A DNA stretch of 64,000 bases from Macrostomum hystrix (Eukaryota; Animalia; Platyhelminthes), in contig CATNEN010000015.1 of assembly GCA_950097015.1 (NCBI GenBank), positions 496,001 through 560,000 of the forward strand, read 5' to 3'. Of this stretch, positions 40,210 to 49,058 are shown piece after piece (the stretch's first letter is position 1; the number at the start of each line of letters is the position of its first letter). The translations under genes were made by a program, and so were the position numbers. The notes under the pieces were generated by a model. It was given only the letters and a program-made list of their open reading frames with translations, was not told where the DNA came from and did not search any database.

Positions 40210-43200
40210 GGAAATGACAATGCCACTTCTGAAACTTCAGCCTGACTAGTGTGCCGTCGCGGAAGATCACGGGCTACAAGAAGGGCGCCTTCTACGAGAG
40301 CGGCATGAAGGCCAAGGTGTCAGGCGGCAACTGGACCGCTTGCTACGTAGAGGGCGAGTGGCGGCTCGTGGACCCGATGTGGGGCGTGCAGAGCCTCTGC
40401 GGCGTCGACACCGGCAACTATGCGACACTCGACGCGGAAGGAAACGTAGAGACTGCGCAGAAGTCCGAAGGTCAATTGGTCTACGGTTGCAACGAGTTCT
40501 TCTTCCTCACCGATCCTGAGAACCTCATTCTGACTCACTTCCCCATCGAGGAATTGAGCCAGTGGCAGCTGCTTGCCAGGCCGCTAACGCTGGCGGAGTT
40601 TCAGAGAATGCCCAAGTTTTTCTCGGGTGGACAGGACGAAATGCTTTTCTATAGCATCATTCCCGCAAGCCATCCGCTGAATGTCATTCCGGCCCGACCT
40701 GGCAATATAAAAATTTACCTGAAGGAGGCCGCAGGTGAGATGTACGAGTATGATGCCAAAGTCAGCATCCACAAGAGCAGCATCAACGATGGCAGCAGAG
40801 CAGCCATAAAAGAGCACACGAGTGTCAACGGCTATCTATCGAAAATGACACGGATGAGTGCAGACACTGTGCAGTTCAAGTTTGTGCCACCGTGCACTGG
40901 AAAATTCATGCTGACGATTTTCCTCAAGCGATCGGTTGAGTATCCTGAAGAGTCCATTGTGAGGGTGACCACCATCGAATACGTTTCTTACGTCATTCAC
41001 TGTCCTCAGGCGGACAAAGGTGCAGCAATGCTGCCCCAGGGATCTTCTGAGCTGAGTCACTTCGGTGCCGGGGCGCGGCTTGCTGCCGCCGGCCTGAGAA
41101 CTGATGAGCCCGGCGAGATCTCGGTGATTGATGGCGAGCGATTGATTAAGCTGGACTCAGTTAATACAAACCGTCAGCTGGAGTGCCAGCTGCTTGGAGC
41201 AGGAAACGAGAGTCTGCCAGCCACCAACCTGCTTACTTGGCTTCGCGGTCCACTGCTGAACATCCAGTTCCTGTCTCCTGACGCGGGTTCATTCGCTCTG
41301 GTGATCCGGGACAGAGGCGTCCCGGTGTGCCAGTTCATGCTGGACTCTTCCTCTGAATTTCGCGACTGTCGGGACTTTCCACTGCCCGATATTGAGAGCC
41401 ATGGTGGTCTGAGCGTGGCACACGATGACCTGAGCAAAATAATTTCTGCTCTGAGCCATCCAGATCCGTATGTTATTTGTGAGGAGCCAAGCCTTGAGCT
41501 CAAATTTAGGTCAGCCACACGATTGGAGATCAGAGCGGAACTGTTCCACACCAAAGCCGATGGTCGAACTGAAGAGCTCACTGGATATACTTTCATCAGC
41601 AGTGACAGCGAAGGCTTCGTTGTGGATGTGCGATTTAAGATCGCTGGTCACTACGTCGTTAAACTGTTTGCTAGAAAGGATAGTTCAGAGCCTTGGCGCC
41701 GCTACCTGAACTACTTTATCCGTTGCGTAGGTCTTCTGAGCGGTTGTGCGGAACAGTTTCCGGATGTCATGCCCGCTTGGAAGAGCGACAACTTGCTGAT
41801 TCAGCCGAAACAGAAGCTGCTGCCGCTGAATAAGCCTGTGTCCATATGCATGCAGATCAGAGACCCAGAGTTCAAAGTGGCCTACTTGCTGAACGAGTCG
41901 AAAAATGAGCGAACAACGATGCACGAAGAAAACGACAGAATTTGGCAGGGCAGAATCGAGGGATTCAGCGACTCTGCGGGCTCATCAGTCAAGGTTTTCG
42001 GTGGGCCAAGTTTGAACCAGTGCGACGAGCTGCTGCACTACCAGTTCGAGTCGGCCGAGGACCACACAATTCGAAACATGGATATTCGATCTGCTGCCAA
42101 GCTCAACTTGAGCCGCCTGAGCAGCGAGCGGCAGCGCAAACGAAAGCAGGAGAACCACGAGCGCAAAGCGAATGCGCTGGAGCCTCTGCCGGAGGTTCCT
42201 CAGGATGGGGAGTGGGCTGGCTCGCAGATGGAAAAGGAGCTCAAGGATTTGCTTCTGGAGGAGAAGCCGACGTTAGTAGGCGCCCCTGAGACTGAAACTC
42301 TCACCGAGTTGAATGCTAACGCTCCGAGCACTGCAGATTGTGGAGAGGCTGCCCACCAATGCGATACAGCTACAGCGCTGACCGAAGATGTCAGTGAAGA
42401 AGCCGAGGAGCATCAGGCTTCAGACGAGCAAGTGGCTCTCACTGACTGGCTAAACAAGAATCTGAGCTCGGACCCAAACTGCGGAAAGTACTTGCCCATC
42501 GAAGACATCTGGTCTGAAGTTGAGGAAAAGTTTGGCGACGGTGTGCTTCTGTGGTAATATTTTTATTTCATTGTCGTCATTATTTAATAAGCAACACCGA
42601 ATTAACTTTTTGTTCCTCCCTTGCAGCAGTGTGATCAACGCAGTCTCAGAAGATACGATCGACATGCGGGCTCTGAGAAACGGAAACAAGCCTTCTAAGT
42701 CGGACTGCTTAGAGAACATTACTTTGGCGGTTAACTCTGCTCAAAGTCTTGGAATCCCGATTATGGCCGATGCGGCCGAAGTTGCAAATAGCTCCCAGCT
42801 GATGCTCGACCTGCTGTGGCAGCTGATCTGGCTAGGCCTGTCGGAGGCTGTAAAGCAAGCCACTACAGCCGACTCGGAAACACTTCGCGTCCTGTTTCCT
42901 GACACCGAAGACAGGGTGGAGATTCGCGGCACAACACCGGATCAGATGCTCATCAAGTGGGTGAACTACCATCTTGGGATGGCGGGAAGTCGGCGAGTGA
43001 TTGAAAACTTCGGCCAGGATATCAGCGACAGTGAGGTTTATGCTCATTTGCTAATGCAGATCGCTCCACCCGAGATTAAAGACTGCCTGCATTCAGTTCG
43101 AGTGAGTAACACACAGTGTGAACTGCTTAATTTCAGAGCCACAATGCGCAGTTTAAAACCTTCCGAAATTTTCAGGACATTCTGGCTCAAAAAGATCTAC

Positions 43201-44507
43201 TAGTTCGAGCGCAGTTGGTTCTGCAGAACGCGGACCTCCTGAACGTCCGTGACTTCCTTCAGCCATCCGGCATTGTTGGCGCCAATTCCAAGCTGAACAT
43301 GGCCTTCGTTGCCAACCTGTTCAATCGGTACCCGAGTCTGCCGGAGCTCCAACAGCCTGAGGGCGGTACCGAACCCAGCAAAAAATCTGAGAAGAAGCCC
43401 GAGGTCGTTCGCGAGGAAAAAACATACACAAACTGGGTGAACTCTGTGGGCGTGGAGCCACGCGTCAACTGTTTGTACACGGACATGCGCTCCGGGTTGC
43501 AGTATCTGCAACTGCTGGACCAGATCCGACCGGGCCTTGTGCGCTGGTCCAGAGTTCACAGAGTCTTTCATGAGAAGCGGGAGAAGTTTCAGCATCTGGA
43601 GAACTGTAATTATGCGGTGGAGTTGGCCAGGCATTTGGGCTTCAGTTTGGTGGGTATCGGCGGAGAGGACCTGCTGAATGGCAACGAGAACCTGACGCTC
43701 GCCACTCTGCGGCAGCTGGTCACCGCTCTGGCCCCAGCGACGCTCGCCAAGTTGGGCGCCGATGCTGACAGTCGATCGGAGAAGTCCAAAAGGCTCATTG
43801 ACGAGCGCGCCATCATCGAGTGGACGAACCAGCAGCTGCAACGCAACGCCAAGGAGTCGCGGCTATACTCATTCCAAGATACTTCGATCGGAGACTCCCG
43901 CTGCCTATTGGACCTCATTGACTGCCTGCGTCCGGGCTCTGTCGACTACAACCTCGTGCTACCCGGGACCACTGAGAAAGTAAGTGTTTTAAAAGTAGAA
44001 CCACTGTGCTTGCAAGAGTTTTTTGCCTACGCGCTATTCGGGGAAATATCGTTGCCGGCTATTGATTAATTAGGAGGTGTAATTTTTTGAGCCAGAAGTT
44101 CGCTCTCTGATCTCTACCCCTGCGTGGACTTCTGGCCACTGCGTGGCTGGGGGAGAAGTATAATTTATTGTTGCTCGGAGCTGATGATCGGCTGGTGAAA
44201 TGTCGTCGAGTCCTTAGTTCATTTTTACTAAGCTGCTGTTTTATCCTAGCATTCGCACACAGGAAAGGGCATTGTGCACACTCGAGGGCTGGCCAACAAT
44301 CATCAAAGCGTGTTTCGCCCGCAGGAGCGGCTGCAGAACGCACGTCTGGCCATCAGCTTGAGCTGGCGCGCCGGAGCGAAGGTGTTCGCCAGCCCGGCCG
44401 ACCTTGTTCAGGCCCGGCCGCAGCTGGTGATGTCTGTGTTCGCCGCGCTAATGCAGCTGCACTATCAACGGGAGGCCTCTGTCCGCAGCAGTCACCGGGT
44501 TGACTGA
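32838..44507 (+). CDS. KY/hillarin/CYK3-like transglutaminase-fold protein fused to a plastin/fimbrin four-CH actin-binding core, ~1423 aa; exons 32838-33334, 40241-42553, 42627-43101, 43176-43979, 44325-44507
   Basis: TG-like motifs: ITGYKKG, WTACYVEGEWRLVDPMWG, NEFFFLTDPENLILTHFP. CH1-4 plastin motifs: DWLNKNLSSDP..GDGVLLCSVIN, DLLWQLI, LIKWVNYHL, NMAFVANLFN, REEKTYTNWVNS, LENCNYAVEL, IIEWTN, NARLAIS. All four GT-AG introns are in phase (4272 nt). Confidence 0.85.
33585..33751 (+). mobile_element. SINE family 2, 5' half of the copy split by the LINE
   Basis: tRNA-like head (TGGGCAGAGCGG, GCTCGATTCC), ending in GAAAGTCAGGGC. Confidence 0.75.
33864..37568 (-). CDS. pol: Retrotransposon ORF2: AP endonuclease, reverse transcriptase, RNase H, C-terminal Zn finger (1234 aa)
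   Basis: APE: LQINL, QEP, GDINAHH, SDH. RT: PQGGVLSP, YADD. RNase H: YTDGS, SDS, GNELAD. Zn finger: CPFC...H..C. No stops. Confidence 0.95.
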   Translation of the reverse strand: MISSPGISCLQINLQHSVAASANLMRQAELDKPGLILVQEPWTSKGKPQNVPSGYNCFCVSPREANRPPRACIFGAKTLGAWLRPDLSNGDICVIQSEDLLPGRTTLVASVYLPGDVAVVPRTLTTLVELCSARNYELMVAGDINAHHTHWGSTGINQRGEDLLSYVTSTTLEFCNSGSTPTFDNGRWSEVIDATLASPKLFQSIGVWRVLPVPSLSDHKFIHFRVASARSLNHITWRRNARNTDWEAFRHALETTHRSSGQPPTISTCREADECATVLTETLTAAFEAACPLKAYKGKTSAPWWNPQLGDLRRRAKRLHRRANKTRSPADQTAYLEAIHEFKREIRTAKAQKWRQYCEELEGSRPTSRIVKALTLDKMSKLSSVKRTDGTSTDNPGETLEVMLSAFFPNEPTNLTTSDHTEGGQMLAASIITEDRIAKAATSFKPFKAPGPDGIVPAFLREAVKCPGFLRSLCNLYRACITLGYVPQAWTEAKVIFIPKPGRPDYQSIKSFRPISLTTFLVKLMERLVLWRLLSVELKNAPLSDNQHAFRAGRSTESALHVLVDKLEKAVLGTGFALSVFLDIDGAFDNVLFEAFRKALYERHTHSSLTRWIMYMISHRTVTANLLGHQRTVPVRKGSPQGGVLSPILWNMVIDELLRDDRPDPILKVGYADDVTAVASGPSPDTLRDLLQKFIHSAEQWAGRCGLKLSETKTAVIMFTSRNKWQIQPLRLYGKEISFCKQTKCLGITLDHRLNWSPHVQTKTKRALAILAQLRRAVGTTWGLTPKRLWWIYTAMVRPAVSYGSLIWASALQMKTCLEALRKTQGRACRMTMSAPPSAPYDGLNAFLDATPLDIFVRREAAKTARRLIDAGVRFTPQRAMAKRKLLPHTDLCLRDLKDGGGLHVLSDGEPRTLNLTQRYKIIIPSRDDANDHWNHQEVHCYTDGSLKDGLAGFGVCILINGRVVATHAQHTGRLSTVFQNEILAISSCAAELNARNTRGETIIIHSDSQAALQALCSTTTCSRTVADCARQLNLLASNNTVKLSWIPGHAGFPGNELADTLAKQGGSGSLLGPAPLVPIPITVINRLIDDWAESLHRDRWAGTQNCRQSRAAVPRPSRRLRSILLNQNRKDIRALAMTLTGHGYLARHCFLRGDLESELCPFCEYDTEDAEHFVCHCPFFNRDRLRYLGPNPSMDEICQPDSIPRLVQFLRATRRATFFPTEDNAAGRTGRPP
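37565..39127 (-). CDS. Retrotransposon ORF1 (gag-like, 520 aa)
   Basis: Uninterrupted ORF directly upstream of ORF2, with a low-complexity/Arg-rich N-terminus and a globular central region. Its TGA overlaps the ORF2 ATG. Confidence 0.85.
   Translation of the reverse strand: MASSAQSFKDSETGNPPVAPAASNSANVAPPEATGPASALPDGGPVPGPPGIRSKEARQGRNQRRNERRRRQREREAAVRQSAEVVPQVGVGAVGPKGATATSAPRETASAGSPPAEPTSNSNTGNVAGPSGAATHATMASEAPASQPSTKAKESYASKASAMLQPAVIVFGEEQDLTAEQLDSVWRIIDAALIDQLLAGRPVSVVKSAKTDGCIFIWCNSEESSRALRELLPQLKWPKKLGKLTFASEGQRIKTERFRVWIPNGSAIKSGDQLRQILLKLHPDLEANGLLHHASSRKETGFTVILGLSDAWTKRLPPKSIIHLGLTQLTILRCEERKAGEAKKAKAPESGSGAQAPPAKKQRQTVDPHPGKAARAAESGPRDRRPARSTRRSGLVQRALEQARTLRAHLERAHTSNAPPKQPVGQERRGEAPTDWFEASTHQADRAIHVDLTDEASLGSIGVTTQRDGEGDTLAGQMPAEGSSATLTAGDAEIPMELCEPSISEKEEEELLRDSPTARP
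39297..39720. repeat. 97-bp tandem unit x ~4.4 in the LINE 5' UTR
   Basis: Units start at 39297, 39394, 39491, 39588 and 39685 (partial) and are essentially identical. Confidence 0.97.
40007..40210 (+). mobile_element. SINE family 2, 3' half of the split copy, with (ATT)n tail
   Basis: Resumes at GAAAGTCAGGGCAGATGTACAC and is colinear with the intact copy at 11475. Confidence 0.8.
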
Positions 44508-44734
44508 TGGTCACTGACCGTGTAAACCTGCAGGATATTCAAGACTTCCCATCCGAACAACTGGCATTAACTTTTTACTCTTTGATTCTTTAAAATCTAG
44601 AAAACCAAAAAAGCCTGCGAACTTAGGGTAGTTGAGATTCTATTTATAATTCATGGCATGCATAAAAGCGTTTGGGCCCAAAAGTTTCATAAAGCGTTTG
44701 CAAGTCTAAGCTAGAATGGATACAAATTAGATAT

Positions 44735-45135
44735 AAATTGCACCTTACCCAGGTGGGCCAGATGTACAGCTGGCAGCAAAGTCGCAGCTACTATGCGGTG
44801 CTTCCAAGGTTGCGTACAGCTGTTCAGTCCATGGACTGGGGAGGCCGCCACACCCAGAGGCGTAGCCAGGGGAGGGAGCAAGGGGGGCCGCGGCCATCCC
44901 CCTATTCGGCTGACGAAGCTATATGGCGTCCCGTTGTACGAGTAGTCGCGCCCCGTGGTAGTGACCCCTCTAGAAATAACTTCTGGCTACACCACTGGCC
45001 CCATCAACTCAAATTTCTTACCCAGCTGATGCTGGCACTCATTTTACAGCTGGGTGAACTAAAGCACTAAAGTGTCTTACTTAAGGGACACAATTTGTCT
45101 CCCTTGGGTTGAGATTCGAACTGCCGACCTCTTTG
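44735..45135 (-). mobile_element. SINE family 1, diverged copy C (interrupted by a MITE)
   Basis: Shares GTTCAGTCCATGGACTGGGG and CCCAGCTGATGCTGG..CAGCTGGGTGAACTAAAGC with copy B. Confidence 0.65.
44855..44997. mobile_element. 143-bp MITE with 15-bp TIRs, possibly hAT-type
   Basis: Ends CAGAGGCGTAGCCAG and CTGGCTACACCACTG. Flanks GCCACACC and GCCCCATC are a 6/8 match to an 8-bp TSD. The sequence is absent from the other SINE copies. Confidence 0.55.
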
Positions 45136-46281
45136 TTACAAGCTCCCACGTATGTTACAATGATGAAAGTGCTACTCGTAGACTCATTAATGACCACCAT
45201 ACGAGCATTGGGATAATGGAGTAGTTGTCAGACTAGAACGATTCAGTAAATTAAATGAGTAGGAAGATTAGTTTTCCATAGTGATTGAAATCTAGCCAGT
45301 GACCGATCATCCATAGAATTATGTAATTATTACCCTGTCATTATACTAATATACTAGTTTGTTTCCACCCCTTGTCTTAACTCCATCTAATGAACTCAAG
45401 TACGTTTTTTCTTACACTTCAGCACTTGACAGCATATTTGACACAGTTTAGACTCTGCAGGTCGCCATTAAGGAACTGCAGGAAGTTTCACTTTGTTTAA
45501 CTCGGAATTCCCAGGAAATAAAACAAAAACTCGCTTCTTTAACAAAGTCTCTTTTAGGAAGTGAATCAGTGTTACCTCTAAAATGTAACGAAATTCTATG
45601 AACAATTACAAAGACTTGATAATTTGTGGATGCAAATTAAATTGCGTCGGCACCGAATGCTCGAAATTTACACGATACATTAATGTTTAAAAAAGTAGTG
45701 ATTTTAAAAGTAATGCCCAAAAGTTTTTTAAATAAAAATTCTTAGGGGACCTCGACCAGTGCAGTTTTGGGCAAACGTGTGATTGGCAACATCGCGTGTC
45801 CCTGGGCTCCATAATACGGATTTAAAATGACTTAAAGCTAGCTCTAATATATTCATTCCAATTTAAATTCAATGTACTCATAAAATTTGGGATGCTCATA
45901 CAGTTCTGTCTTTAATAGCTCGTACAATCTCAAGTTCACATTTTCAATCAAGCCTGGAGTTTGCGGATGTTTTTTATCGGAGTATAAAAGTAGCCGGGTG
46001 CTCAAATCTTCCACATAAACAGGCAGGCACTGAGCAGCCAGGAAACAGCCACTATGAACTTGCAGCCCAGCAGTGGCGCAGTGACTGAGGCAGGCTCCAT
46101 CCTGGCTTGAGCAGAGAACAGGCAAATGTTGATTTCTGAATCCGAAGCCTGTGGGTCTACAACGGCAGCACTGCCGCTCAGCCTGCAGGTCATTGTGATC
46201 GCGTTGCAGACGACTTGCTGGTTACCGCACGATGTCTGGTGGACCAGGACGTCGATTTTATTCGTCGTTTTCCACGTCGCT

Positions 46282-46825
46282 GCAGTTATCCTGACCTGGG
46301 AGTGTTGGATGGTTCAGCTAGAGTCTGATGGAAATGGGCAGTTATCCTGACCTGGGAGTGTTGGATGGTTCAGCTAGAGTCTGATGGAAATGGGCAGTTA
46401 TCCTGACATGGGAGTGTTGGATGGTTCAGCTAGAATCTGATGGAAATGGGCAGTTATCCTGACATGGGAGTGTTGGATGGTTCAGCTAGAATCTGATGGA
46501 AATGGGCAGTTATCCTGACATGGGAGTGTTAGATGGTTCAGCTAGAGCCAGATGGAAATGGGCAGTTATCCTGACCTGGGAGTGTTGGATGGTTCAGCTA
46601 GAATCTGATGGAAATGGGCAGTTATCCTGACCTGGGAGTGTTGGATGGTTCAGCTAGAATCTGATGGAAATGGGCAGTTATCCTGACCTGGGAGTGTTGG
46701 ATGGTTCAGCTAGAGCCTGGTGGAAATGGGCAGTTATCCTGACATGGGAGTGTTGGATGGTTCAGCTAGAGCCAGGTGGAAATGGGCAGTTATCCTGACC
46801 TGGGAGGGTTGGATGGTCTGATGGA
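46282..46825. repeat. Minisatellite, 56-bp unit x ~9.5, spanning a splice acceptor
   Basis: GCAGTTATCCTGAC(C/A)TGGGAGTGTTGGATGGTTCAGCTAGAGTCTGATGGAAATGG in tandem. Confidence 0.96.
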
Positions 46826-48267
46826 AATAAGAAATATATCTAAGAAATGTATCTTAGGGAGGAACATATTCACATGAACATCGTCATAACAATAACTGAC
46901 AAGTGCATGCCTTCGCTCTCGGGCGTACCTGCAGAGGTGCAAATTTTTTGGCTGTATCGTAGAGCCATTTGTGCTGGCTTGTCAGATCGCACATGACAAT
47001 GTCACCGCTGGTGAAAGTTGCTGGGACAGTAGTCTTGTGGCTGGAGTCGAGCAGAAGTTGGCACATGCAATCTTCGGATTTCAGAATCGGCTTCACCATG
47101 AGAAAAATCGCAGAGCAGTTGTCAGACGGGTAGAAAACGTCTTTCTGCAGCAAAATAATTTCAGGTGAAATCTCATCTATCTTTGAGATCTCGAACTCGC
47201 AGCTTGCGCCATAGAATCCGACATCACAGCTGCACTCTCCGCTGATGCAAACGCCCCGGTCTGAACAGTTTGCTGGACAAATATTCTCGAGAAGCATCTC
47301 AATTTGAGTGAAGTTACTCAGAACAACTGTTGCGTTGTATGTCATGTCGGTGTAGCACATGCCGAGTATCGAGTTGAAGACAGATTGAGAAAACTCATAA
47401 GTCCCAAGAGTGATCGCGTATGAAACGCAGAGACTCCTAAACTGACTGATGTAGTCCGACTCGCCTATCGGTCCATTTGTTTCGGAGCAGATTTGGCTAC
47501 TCAATGACTTGGTCAACTGGATCTGGACAAATTTAGTGCACATCACTTCAGCCTCGTGAGGGTGAATTACAGTTTTCGGATATTTTGATTCCGCAGCCCT
47601 CCTTGGTGGCAGTTGTGGTTGTCGGAGTTTTTCGGAATGTACATGAAGACGCGGATTATTTATGGAGACGTCGCACTTGCTTGTTAACGCTCCTTTAGAA
47701 TCTTCCTCGCACCCGCAAATGTTCAGAACTTCAGTTGGCTGTATTTGACTGTTGATTGCCTGAATAGGTTTCATTTTATAATTATCATCGAGAATGGCCT
47801 CTCTTAAATCTTTGATTGGTTGCGGAGCCCCGTTAAAATACAGCATTCCTTCCGTGAGCACTTTGGTGTCGTAGAACCCGGGCATCAGCATTAAATCAAG
47901 TTGTAATTTATGCGGAGCCAGGTTTGGCCGGTGAATTTGTCCATTGCACGGTTGTGTAACCATGATTGCGTTGCTCATGACAAACCTATTCGGACAGCTA
48001 TTTAAACCTACATTCGTCCGAAAGCCCCAAACGTACAGAACAGTTCCATATAGATCAAAACGCACTTTGATCACTTGGGCCGTCGCTGTGAGAGTAACTC
48101 CCATCGGTAGACCGTCTGGTTTCTTTCTCAGCGGGTTTTTCTCCCCGGGTGGCAGATCCTTGGGAAGGATTCGATACGAAAGCGTGTTAGTTGCGCTGCT
48201 ACCTGTGATGTGAATGACGTCATACACATATCGAATTGTGACGTCTATTAGTGCGTCGCCTATTATT

Positions 48268-49058
48268 TGTGATGATGGGGCTCGAGGGCTCAATCCCCAG
48301 GGGCGCCCCACGGACCCGGGCTCGCGTACTGACCCTGGCTATGGTCGTCCCCACCGACCCGCGTACGACACAGAGTCGGTTGGGCTAGGCAGATCGAGCG
48401 TACGACGCACGACGGCCTCCAGCGAGCGTACGACGCACACTGGTTGAGGTGGGGATCGGCGTACGACGCTCCACTTCCTCTAAGGTGCCTAAAGCTAGCC
48501 CGCAAATGACAAACGCGGAGTCGAAGGCTTACCAACCAGAAGTTCGCACAGTCGCGCGGCGCAGGCAGGGCCGGATGACTGGAAGTCAAACCCGTATATT
48601 GTTAGTCAGTCGCGTAGTGTGACTCAGACAGGGCAGCGTTCCCGTAGAGGGGGGGGCCAGGCAGTCGTGATTTTAGGTGTCGTACGTAGTTGTCTTGAGG
48701 GGGGCCGGCGGTCGCAGATGCCAGGGTCCAGCGCTCCACAATAAATAGCACCGCGGTGGGGGGGAGAGCCCGGGGCTAAAGCCCCACCCCCGAGGGGCCA
48801 GGGCAGACCCTAGACCCCCAAAAAACACGGCCCGCCAATCAGCGCAGCGCACGGCATAAATAACTAGGGGGGAGGGAGGGTACATCAACCGGTGTAAGCC
48901 GGCCGAGTGAACAACAACAGGGGGAGAGGCGCAGGATCGAAATGGCCCAGCCAATCAGCGCGGCGCAGGCCAAGATAAAGAATAAACAACCAAGTGCGGG
49001 GGGTGCAGCGCACTCACGCAAGGTGCACTGGGCACTTTCATTCAGCCCAGTCACCACA
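48268..49058. mobile_element. Solo LTR, 791 bp, 4-bp TSD TATT (Ty3/gypsy-like)
   Basis: TG...CA termini with inverted ends TGTGATGA/TCACCACA; TATT on both sides (48264-67, 49059-62); GC-rich with CCAATCAGCG boxes and AATAAA near the right end on the + strand. Confidence 0.85.
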
